Assembly: GCA_041309005.1 (NCBI GenBank)
Contig: JBFZAN010000075.1
Coordinates: forward strand, 1,621-65,620
Direction: 5' to 3'
From: Candidatus Omnitrophota bacterium
GTDB lineage: Bacteria > Omnitrophota > Gorgyraeia > Gygaellales > Profunditerraquicolaceae
DNA length: 64,000 nucleotides
Below, in pieces: positions 48,975 to 56,581 of this stretch. Each line of letters begins with the position of its first letter. Positions within the stretch are counted from its first letter, which is position 1. The position numbers were made by a program, and so were the translations under genes. The notes below the pieces were generated by a model, which saw only the letters and a list, made by a program, of their open reading frames with translations, was not told the DNA's origin and searched no databases.

Positions 48975-49439
48975 ATGTCCAAAATAGATTCCCTCTACAT
49001 GTCCGAGGCTTTAAAAGAGGCAAAAAAAGCCTTTGACAAAGACGAAGTGCCCGTGGGCTGCGTGATCGTGCACGGCAATAAGATCATCGCGCGGGCGCAC
49101 AATGAAGTCGAGCAGTTAAAAGACCCCACCGCGCACGCTGAAATGCTCGCCATCACTTCCGCGACGCACTATCTCAATTCAAAGTGGTTGAATGAGGCTT
49201 CTTTATATGTTACAATTGAACCTTGTAGCATGTGCGCGGGCGCGATGGTGTTGGCGCGGATAAAGGCCGTGGTCTACGGCGCCGACGACCCCAAGACAGG
49301 CGCCTGCGGTTCGGTGGTAGATCTGCTTCGCCATAAGAAGCTCAATCATCGCGCGCAGGTCAGAAAAGGGGTACTGCGGGACGCATGCGCGGCGCTGCTG
49401 AAAGAATTCTTCAAGAAAAAAAGAGCCGAAAGAAATTAA
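48975..49439 (+). CDS. tadA: tRNA-specific adenosine deaminase
   Basis: CDA-fold zinc motifs HAEMLAI and PCSMCAGAM. 154 aa. Confidence 0.85.
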   Translation: MSKIDSLYMSEALKEAKKAFDKDEVPVGCVIVHGNKIIARAHNEVEQLKDPTAHAEMLAITSATHYLNSKWLNEASLYVTIEPCSMCAGAMVLARIKAVVYGADDPKTGACGSVVDLLRHKKLNHRAQVRKGVLRDACAALLKEFFKKKRAERN

Positions 49440-49456
49440 AAGCGGTGATGATATTT

Positions 49457-49545
49457 GGAGAGGTGGCTGAGCGGTCGAAAGCAATTCACTGCTAATGAAT
49501 TGGCCTGGGAAACCGGGCCCCTGGGTTCAAATCCCAGCCTCTCCG
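49457..49545 (+). tRNA. tRNA-Ser (anticodon GCU), long variable arm
   Basis: Manual fold: acceptor GGAGAGG/CCTCTCC. Anticodon stem ATTCA/TGAAT with loop CTGCTAA (U33, GCT, A37). Long variable arm TTGGCCTGGGAAACCGGGCCCC. T-arm TGGG-TTCAAAT-CCCA. Discriminator G. Confidence 0.8.
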
Positions 49546-49752
49546 ATAATATTGCTCGTTGAGTAGAGGCGCTCTGCATCTCCCTAGGAGTCCGAGAGCA
49601 GCCTCTCCGATAATTTCAGATTGTTGAATAGAGACGGTCTGCGTCGCACCTGGTAGCCAGAGACCAGCCTCTCCGATTACTTTGCTCGTTGAATAGAGAC
49701 GGCCTGCGTCTCCTCAGGAGTCAGAGGCCAGCCTCTGCGCCATTGTTGACGC
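49535..49752. repeat. Tandem array of 64-66-nt two-hairpin units (3 full + 1 degenerate) whose first unit is the 3-prime end of tRNA-Ser; same family as 11678-11822
   Basis: Units start at 49535, 49599, 49665, 49729, each beginning CAGCCTCTCCGAT (= tRNA-Ser 3-prime 13 nt). Hairpin 2 shows compensatory changes (gctct/agagc, ggtct/agacc, ggcct/aggcc). Confidence 0.85.
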
Positions 49753-49811
49753 TCAGGCGAACCCTGACAGGCGTTATAAGCCAGGGGCGCCATGAGTTGA
49801 AGTGAAGAAGC

Positions 49812-50651
49812 ATGAACAAAGAAATAAGCACAACTAAAATAGCAATTTTCAGGAAACGAGAGATCAGAAAGGCCATTCATAACAATGAATGGTGGTTTGC
49901 GGTCGTTGATGTAGTTGCGGCATTAACAGATTCTGTCCAGCCGGATGGCTATATCAAAGATATGCGTAGGCGTGATCCGGAGCTTTCCAAAGGGTGGGGG
50001 CAAATTGCCACCCCCCTTTCAGTAAAGACGCCGGGTGGCATCCAAAAGCTCAATTGTGCTAATACGGAAGGTATCTTTCGTATTATCCAGTCTATTCCAT
50101 CCCCAAAGGCTGAGCCGTTCAAGCGGTGGTTGGCTCGGGTCGGTTACGAGCGGATTCAGGAGATTGAGAACCCGGAGCTTGCCACAAAGAGAACGAGAGC
50201 TTTATATAAGGCAAAAGGGTATAGCGATGAATGGATCGAAAAACGGATGCGAGGGATCGCTATCCGTGAGGAGTTGACTGGCCAGTGGCAGAAGCGCGGC
50301 ATAAGGGAGCAAAAGGAATACGAAATATTAACTGCTGAAATTTCAAAAGCAACGTTCGGCATGACGCCTTCTGCTTACAAAAAGCACAAGGGTTTGAAAC
50401 GCGAGAATTTGCGGGATCATATGACTGATCTGGAGCTTATCTTTTCGATGCTTGGCGAGGCATCAACGAAAGAGATAGCCGTCAATAAAAACGTTCAGGG
50501 GTTTGTAGAAAATAAAAAAGCCGCGTTTGAGGGCGGCGCTGTGGCGGGCAACGCGAGAAATGAATTGGAACGCAAAAGCGGCAAGAAAGTTATCAGCAAA
50601 GAAAATTATAAAAAGTTGCCGCAGAGTGAGAAATTTTTAAGGGGTAAATAA
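49812..50651 (+). CDS. Bro-N domain protein (phage antirepressor/DinD-like)
   Basis: N-terminal IAIFRKREIRKAIHNNEWWFAVVDVVAALTDS matches the Bro-N consensus (F..IR.....EPWF.A.DVA.AL). C-terminal KilA-C/DinD-like region. Confidence 0.6.
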   Translation: MNKEISTTKIAIFRKREIRKAIHNNEWWFAVVDVVAALTDSVQPDGYIKDMRRRDPELSKGWGQIATPLSVKTPGGIQKLNCANTEGIFRIIQSIPSPKAEPFKRWLARVGYERIQEIENPELATKRTRALYKAKGYSDEWIEKRMRGIAIREELTGQWQKRGIREQKEYEILTAEISKATFGMTPSAYKKHKGLKRENLRDHMTDLELIFSMLGEASTKEIAVNKNVQGFVENKKAAFEGGAVAGNARNELERKSGKKVISKENYKKLPQSEKFLRGK

Positions 50652-50869
50652 TAGGATAAAAGATGGCACTATTACGAACAGTCATTTCCACAAGTAGTCG
50701 GATCTCTTTGAGATGCGGGGTTCGTCTGGCGTCCACGACTACCCGATAATCTTGCTCATTCTAACACTGCAGGCGGTTTGCATAAATCGAAAGGAGGTCA
50801 TACGGCGCAGATAGCAGTTCCCACAGGCAGCAACTTCTACTTTAACGGTATCAACAAGGAGACAATCAG

Positions 50870-51352
50870 ATGAAGAGGATTCTTTCCCTCGTTATGGCTT
50901 TATTATTCTTTGGATGCTCTGCAGCGGCAGCTCAGACCGGGCACACCTTGAAAGTGATGGAAGCGATAGACACGATGATGTCTAAAGCGAAGAAATTAGG
51001 CGCGCCTGCAAAAGAAGGCGAAAATCTTATATTCGGCTTCACGGTAATGAATGGAAATAACTCCCTGGTAGATATGATCAAGGAAAAATTCAATTGCACC
51101 GCCACGTTTTTCGTCGCGAAAGACGACGGGTTCGTGCGCATAAGCACCAATGTTGTTAAAAATGACGGCAGCAGGGCGGTAGGAACAGTGTTAGACCCCG
51201 AGGGCCCGGTTATCGTAAAGATACGAAACGGCAAGGCATTTTATGGAGTGGTTGATATTCTGGGCAGGAAATATGATACCGGTTATGAACCTATAAAGGA
51301 CTCCAGCGGCAAGGTTATCGGCATTTATTATGTCGGTTTTCTGCTGGAATAG
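50870..51352 (+). CDS. Secreted protein, possible single Cache/PDC-like sensor fold
   Basis: Signal peptide MKRILSLVMALLFFGCSAAAA. Alternating beta-strand pattern (RISTNVVKNDGSRAVGTVLD...FYGVVDILG...VIGIYYVGF). Confidence 0.3.
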   Translation: MKRILSLVMALLFFGCSAAAAQTGHTLKVMEAIDTMMSKAKKLGAPAKEGENLIFGFTVMNGNNSLVDMIKEKFNCTATFFVAKDDGFVRISTNVVKNDGSRAVGTVLDPEGPVIVKIRNGKAFYGVVDILGRKYDTGYEPIKDSSGKVIGIYYVGFLLE

Positions 51353-51386
51353 CGTCAGGCGTTTACCGCAGTCAGGATAATAGAAG

Positions 51387-52985
51387 ATGTCGTATGTTGT
51401 GTTTGCCTTAAAATGGCGGCCAAAGAATTTCGATGAGCTTGTCGGCCAGGACCATATCGTCTCGACCCTCAAGAACGCCATCCAGAAGAACAGGCTCGCC
51501 CACGCGTACCTGTTCGCCGGTCCGAGAGGCGTAGGCAAGACCTCTACCGCAAGGATATTAGCCAAGGCCCTCAATTGTAAGGACGGCCCTACGGCTTCTC
51601 CCTGCGGCAGGTGCCCTTCCTGCGAGCAGATCACCAAGGGCCAGAGCCTTGACGTCATCGAGATCGACGGCGCCTCCAACCGCGGGATAGACGAGATCAG
51701 GGCGCTTCGGGAAAGCGTCAAGTTCGCCCCCACTCAGGGGAAGTTCAAAGTCTATATCATCGACGAGGTCCACCAGATCACCTCCGAAGGTTTTAACGCC
51801 CTGCTGAAGACCCTGGAAGAGCCGCCGCCGTTCGTGAAGTTCATCTTTGCCACCACCCATCCCCACAAAGTGATCCCCACCATACTCTCCCGCTGCCAGC
51901 GGCTGGATTTCAGGAGAGTCACCGTCATGGAGATCATCGGCCAGCTCGAAAAGATCGTCGCCGCGGAGAAGATAAAAGTGGACAAAGACGTGCTCTTCGC
52001 CGTTGCCAAGGCAAGCGACGGCTCTCTCCGGGACGCTGAATCCGTGCTCGACCAGCTTATCTCTTTCTCCAAGGATACGGTTTCTCTCGCTGACATCACG
52101 TCCATGCTGGGGCTCGTCGAGCAGGACACGCTCTTCGCCCTTACCGATACGGTCATAAAAAAAGACCCCGCGCGCGCGCTTGCGCTCTTAAGCGGCATCA
52201 TCGATGAAGGCAAAGACCTGGCGAATTTCCTTTCCGGCTTGATAGAGCATTTTCGTAATCTCATGGTCGCCAAGGTCGCCCAGGCGGATTCCGAATTGAT
52301 AGACCTGCCAAAGGAGATGTGCGAAAGGCTCCTGGCGCAGGCAGGCTCTTTAAGCCTCGAGGAGATATTCAACGCCTTCAACGTTCTGGTCAATACCCAG
52401 GAAATGGCAAAGAGGCTTGATTCCATGCGCATCCCGTTTGAAGTAAGCCTGGTGAGGCTGACGCAAAAAAAGAAGGAGCAGCAGCCTGCCGCGCCCCAGC
52501 CTCCGCCGCCTCAAAATTACCGGCCGCCGCAGGCGCCGCCTAAAAAAGATACTTTTGTAAAGCCGGCTCCGGCAGCGACGCCCCCTAAGCCTTCGCAGGA
52601 TAAGCCCCGGGCGCCCCAGGCGCTCAAGGAAGAGAGCCCGGTTTCTCTTGATATCGTAAAAGAATCCTGGCAGCATTTCGTGAGCAACCTCGGCAGCGTC
52701 AAGATATCGATAGCTTCGTATCTTAACGAAGGAGCTCCGGTGCAGGTCGAAGGCAACACCCTGACCGTTTCCTTCCCCAAGAATTGCCTGTTGCATAAAG
52801 AGGCCCTTGAGGGCAGGGAGAACAGGTCTATCATCGAAAAGAATATCTCGGAACTGTTCAATACCGGTTTGCGGGTGAACTTCATCCTGTCGGATGAAGT
52901 GCAAAAACAGGAAAGCCCCGCGGGTAATCCCTTTGTGAGGTCGGCGCTGGATATGTTCAAAGGAAGGATAATCAAAGAAGAGTAG
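51387..52985 (+). CDS. dnaX: DNA polymerase III subunit gamma/tau
   Basis: KWRPKNFDELVGQDHI. Walker A GPRGVGKTS. Zn module CGRCPSCEQI. SRC motif. Pro-rich linker. Confidence 0.9.
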   Translation: MSYVVFALKWRPKNFDELVGQDHIVSTLKNAIQKNRLAHAYLFAGPRGVGKTSTARILAKALNCKDGPTASPCGRCPSCEQITKGQSLDVIEIDGASNRGIDEIRALRESVKFAPTQGKFKVYIIDEVHQITSEGFNALLKTLEEPPPFVKFIFATTHPHKVIPTILSRCQRLDFRRVTVMEIIGQLEKIVAAEKIKVDKDVLFAVAKASDGSLRDAESVLDQLISFSKDTVSLADITSMLGLVEQDTLFALTDTVIKKDPARALALLSGIIDEGKDLANFLSGLIEHFRNLMVAKVAQADSELIDLPKEMCERLLAQAGSLSLEEIFNAFNVLVNTQEMAKRLDSMRIPFEVSLVRLTQKKKEQQPAAPQPPPPQNYRPPQAPPKKDTFVKPAPAATPPKPSQDKPRAPQALKEESPVSLDIVKESWQHFVSNLGSVKISIASYLNEGAPVQVEGNTLTVSFPKNCLLHKEALEGRENRSIIEKNISELFNTGLRVNFILSDEVQKQESPAGNPFVRSALDMFKGRIIKEE

Positions 52986-52987
52986 CC

Positions 52988-53587
52988 ATGGCAGTCCACA
53001 CTGAATCCATAGAGAAATTGATAGAGCGCCTGGTCAGGTTGCCGGGCATCGGCAGGCGCAGCGCCGAACGCATCGTGGCGTATATCCTCGACGCTACTGC
53101 CGATGAAACGAAAAAGCTTTCGGAAGCGATCATAAAAGTAAAAGAAAACGTGCGCTTCTGCCGCGTCTGCCATAACTTAAGCGAGCACGATGAGTGCGCC
53201 ATCTGCAGGGACCCGAAGCGCGACAAGGGCCTTTTGTGCGTGGTAGAGAGGCCGGGCGATGCGACCCTGATAGAAAGGACCGGCACCTTTAACGGGGTCT
53301 ACCATGTGCTCATGGGCGCGATCGCGCCCCTTGAGGGCAGGGGCCCCACGGACCTTAAGATAGACAGCCTGCTTGCCAGGATCAGGCAGGAGCATATCAA
53401 GGAAGTGATCCTCGCTACTGATTCGGACATTGAGGGCGAGACTACGGCGTTATATCTTGCCAAGCTGATCAAGCCCCTGGGCGTGCGCCTGAGCAGGATA
53501 GGCATAGGCCTTCCGGTAGGCTCAAATCTGGAATACGCCGACTCCGCGACCCTTTCCATGGCACTCGAGTCTCGCCGCGACATCTGA
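52988..53587 (+). CDS. recR: Recombination protein RecR
   Basis: HhH (RLPGIGRRSAERIV). C4 zinc finger CRVCHNLSEHDECAIC. Toprim (LCVVERPGD...ILATDSDIEGE). Confidence 0.9.
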   Translation: MAVHTESIEKLIERLVRLPGIGRRSAERIVAYILDATADETKKLSEAIIKVKENVRFCRVCHNLSEHDECAICRDPKRDKGLLCVVERPGDATLIERTGTFNGVYHVLMGAIAPLEGRGPTDLKIDSLLARIRQEHIKEVILATDSDIEGETTALYLAKLIKPLGVRLSRIGIGLPVGSNLEYADSATLSMALESRRDI

Positions 53588-53599
53588 CAAAACACAAGC

Positions 53600-55522
53600 A
53601 TGATCTCTATTTCCAATCTTTCTAAAAGCTACGGCAAGAAGGTCCTCTTTGACGGCGTCTCCTTAAGCATCAATAAAGGGGAGAAGATAGGCCTCATCGG
53701 CCCCAACGGCACGGGCAAGAGCACCCTTTTTTCCATGATCCTCGGCGAAGTTGAGCCCTCCGGCGGGAGCGTGCAGGTGCTCAAGAATATTCACATAGGC
53801 TACCTGCCGCAGGAATCGCATTTTACCTCCTCGCGCACCGTGCTCAATGAGCTCACCGAAGGGGACGAGCGGATCGTGCGGCTGAAAAAAGAAAAAGAAG
53901 CGCTTGAGGCGGCTAACGAAGCCGGCTCGATGCGTTACGGCGAGGTCCTGCACGATCTTGAGGTGCTGGGATTTTTCGAGCTGGAACACAAGGCAGAAAA
54001 GATCCTCATGGGCCTTGGTTTTAAGGAAAAGGACTTTAACCGCCCTATCGCCCAGATGAGCGGAGGCTGGCAGATGCGCACGCTGCTGGGCAAACTCCTT
54101 ACCTGCCATTACGACCTCCTGCTTCTGGATGAGCCGACCAATTACCTCGACTTGAATGCCGCGCTCTGGCTCAAGGACTACCTGGGGGGCTTTAAAGGCA
54201 CCTTTATCATGATATCCCACGATAAGGCCTTCCTGAACGAAGTGACCAACTATACTTTGGTCCTGGAGAACGGCTCGGTCTTCAAGGTGCAGGGTAACTA
54301 CGGCCATTACGAGCAGGTCAAGTTCGAGCGCCGCACCCATTTGCTGAAGCAGTTCAAGGAACAGGAAAAAAAGCGCGAACAGTTGAAGGAATTCATCGCG
54401 CGCTTCCACGCCCAGCCCAATAAGGCGGCGTCCGTGCGCGCCAAGCGCACGCAGCTTGAAAAGATGCAAGAGGTGGAGGTGCCGCCCGATCCCCGCGAAA
54501 GCATCGGCGATTTTCATTTTCCCCAGGCGCAAAGGAGCGGCTACCGGGTGATGAAGCTCGAAAAGATCTCCAAATCCTACGGCGACATCCAGGTGTATAC
54601 GGACCTTGATTTTGAAGTCACCCAGGGGGAAAAGGCTGTCCTGGCCGGAGAAAACGGCGCGGGGAAATCCACCCTGCTTAAGATCATGGCGGGGGTGATA
54701 GATATCGACGCGGGAAGCCGCGTCGCCGGCCACAATGTGGACGCGGGTTATTTTTCCCAGACGCGCATGGATGTCCTTAACCCCGAGAACACGGTGCTTG
54801 AGGAAGCGTATTCCGCCGCGCCCGGCTTTATGGCGGAATCGGTCGTGCGCACCATCCTCGGCGCGTTCCTGTTTACCGGCGATGACGCGCATAAGAAAGT
54901 CAAGGTGCTCTCGGGCGGGGAGAAGAGCAGGCTTATCCTGGCTAAATTATTGATCAAGCCCCCGAACTTTTTGCTTTTGGATGAGCCGACCACCCACCTG
55001 GACGTGGACGCGGTGGACGCGCTGATCAGGGCGCTTCTGGATTACGAAGGCACGCTCGTCTTCATCAGCCACGATATCCACTTCGTGCGCTCGGTCGCCA
55101 ATAAGGTATTCGAGGTAAAAGGCGGGCAGATAAGGAAGTTCGCCGGTAATTTCGACTATTATCTTGAGAAAAGGGACGAAGGCGGCGCTGGCGATGAAGC
55201 CGGGGATGCCTCGAAGGCCCCGCAGAAAACAAAGGCGCAGCAGGAAAGGGAGAATCTAAAGCTTCAGGAGAAACGGCGCAGAGAGGAAGAGAAGAAGCGT
55301 AAGGCTTCTAATGACGCGCTGCATTCAAAAATTAACAAGCTGGCGCAGGAAAAGGAAAACCTCAATATAGAAAGTTACGCGAAGGCCCGCGCCCTTTCCG
55401 ACAGCCGCATCTATAGCGACGAAAACAGGGCCAGGGAATATGGCAGAAGGTTGCAGGATATCAATAAAAGGCTCGCTGAAATAGAATCGCAGATCCAAGG
55501 GCTCCAGGACCGGATCGTATGA
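53600..55522 (+). CDS. ABC-F family ATPase (two NBDs, C-terminal coiled coil; Uup/EttA-like)
   Basis: Two Walker A sites (GPNGTGKST, GENGAGKST). Two signature/Walker B sets (MSGGWQMR...LLLDEPTNYLD, LSGGEKSRL...LLLDEPTTHLD). No TMD. KR-rich helical tail. Confidence 0.85.
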   Translation: MISISNLSKSYGKKVLFDGVSLSINKGEKIGLIGPNGTGKSTLFSMILGEVEPSGGSVQVLKNIHIGYLPQESHFTSSRTVLNELTEGDERIVRLKKEKEALEAANEAGSMRYGEVLHDLEVLGFFELEHKAEKILMGLGFKEKDFNRPIAQMSGGWQMRTLLGKLLTCHYDLLLLDEPTNYLDLNAALWLKDYLGGFKGTFIMISHDKAFLNEVTNYTLVLENGSVFKVQGNYGHYEQVKFERRTHLLKQFKEQEKKREQLKEFIARFHAQPNKAASVRAKRTQLEKMQEVEVPPDPRESIGDFHFPQAQRSGYRVMKLEKISKSYGDIQVYTDLDFEVTQGEKAVLAGENGAGKSTLLKIMAGVIDIDAGSRVAGHNVDAGYFSQTRMDVLNPENTVLEEAYSAAPGFMAESVVRTILGAFLFTGDDAHKKVKVLSGGEKSRLILAKLLIKPPNFLLLDEPTTHLDVDAVDALIRALLDYEGTLVFISHDIHFVRSVANKVFEVKGGQIRKFAGNFDYYLEKRDEGGAGDEAGDASKAPQKTKAQQERENLKLQEKRRREEEKKRKASNDALHSKINKLAQEKENLNIESYAKARALSDSRIYSDENRAREYGRRLQDINKRLAEIESQIQGLQDRIV

Positions 55523-55530
55523 GCCCGCTT

Positions 55531-55917
55531 TTACAGGTATTTTACGATCGTATCAAGCACTCTCTGGGCGGCTTCCTTGTCGCCGACCGCCCCTACCCGC
55601 ACGTCTATCCTTGAGCGCGCCGCGGCAATGCGGCGGATGTCCACCCAGATGGTCTTGCCGTCGGTGTAACTGCTTATGACCTGCGCGACTTCTTTCTTGA
55701 TCGTCTCTTTCGTCGCCGTCAGGCCAAGCGATTTAATGCCCGCCCTGGTAGCTTCAAGCGTCCTGTCAAAAGAGTAACTTACTTCCGTGCTCAATTTTCC
55801 GGAGAGCCAGACCGCTGTTCCCGCTCCGCCCGCGGCGCCCGCCAGTAACGCCACGCATCCGCACAGATAGGTTGAAAGCAGCGTTACGAACGCTAACGCC
55901 AATAATTTCCTTGCCAC
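55531..55917 (-). CDS. DUF3568-like lipoprotein (paralog A)
   Basis: Start reassigned to GTG at 55917 (SD AAGGAGG 7 nt upstream on the minus strand; track used TTG at 55950). Signal peptide with LCGC lipobox-like end. 129 aa. ~45-50% identical to the 59122-59511 product. Confidence 0.5.
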   Translation of the reverse strand: MARKLLALAFVTLLSTYLCGCVALLAGAAGGAGTAVWLSGKLSTEVSYSFDRTLEATRAGIKSLGLTATKETIKKEVAQVISSYTDGKTIWVDIRRIAAARSRIDVRVGAVGDKEAAQRVLDTIVKYL

Positions 55918-55950
55918 GCCAACCTCCTTTTGTTTTTTATTATACCACAA

Positions 55951-55971
55951 AAATGGGGTCTGACCCCATTT
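55951..55971. repeat. Perfect 21-nt palindrome AAATGGGGTCTGACCCCATTT (copy 3, opposite orientation of central base), likely rho-independent terminator for minus-strand yceI
   Basis: Located 29 nt after the yceI stop in the minus direction. T-run (tttttgt) follows the stem on the minus strand. Confidence 0.6.
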
Positions 55972-55999
55972 CCTCTAAAACAGGAGATACTCTTCGGCA

Positions 56000-56581
56000 T
56001 CATTCTTTGAGCGAGCCTTCTAATTCCAGGATCAACGCTACTTCATTGCCGATCAGCGCCTGGCCGGTGTCCAGCTTTTTGTTGAAAGCCACGCCGAAAT
56101 CGCTGCGATTGATGACGGCCTCAGCCAGGATAGATGCTTTCGTTTGCCCTTGAGGGTCCTTGTTAACCGCGCGCACGCGTATTGTGAAGGCGACAGGCTT
56201 TGTTCTTCCCTTGATCGTCATGTTCCCGGCGAGAGTATTGTTTTCGGCTTCGGTGCCCGCGAAGGAAGCCTCGGGGAATTTATCCACGTCCAGAAAAAGT
56301 TCCGAGCGCAGGCTTGCGTCCCGCGAGGCATTATAGGTGTTGATGCTGTGCACCTGCAGCCTGCCGCTTAACGACGTGACCCGCGTGGCGTCGTCGTTGA
56401 GGCTGAAGCTGCCGGAGAAATCTTCAAATGACCCGATAGTGTAGCCGCCGGGGTGCGTCACTTTGAATATGACGGTTGAATTACGGGGGCCTATTTCGAA
56501 AGTCTCTGCCCCTGCGGCGCAGGCAGAAAAAAAGAAAACAGCGCCCATGAGTACGGCTATGCGGCTGGTTTTACTTATCAT
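56000..56581 (-). CDS. YceI-family periplasmic protein
   Basis: Signal peptide. Beta-barrel lipocalin-like pattern with RSELFLDVDKFPEASF...TIKGRTKPV typical of YceI. Confidence 0.65.
   Translation of the reverse strand: MISKTSRIAVLMGAVFFFSACAAGAETFEIGPRNSTVIFKVTHPGGYTIGSFEDFSGSFSLNDDATRVTSLSGRLQVHSINTYNASRDASLRSELFLDVDKFPEASFAGTEAENNTLAGNMTIKGRTKPVAFTIRVRAVNKDPQGQTKASILAEAVINRSDFGVAFNKKLDTGQALIGNEVALILELEGSLKE

Noticed and set aside
55918-55950. TTG start at 55950 for the minus-strand lipoprotein (track coordinates 55531-55950)
   Set aside because: A GTG at 55917 is preceded by a strong SD (AAGGAGG, 7-nt spacing). It yields a 129-aa product matching the paralog length, with the signal peptide at the N-terminus. 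The TTG-extended region overlaps the palindrome/terminator.
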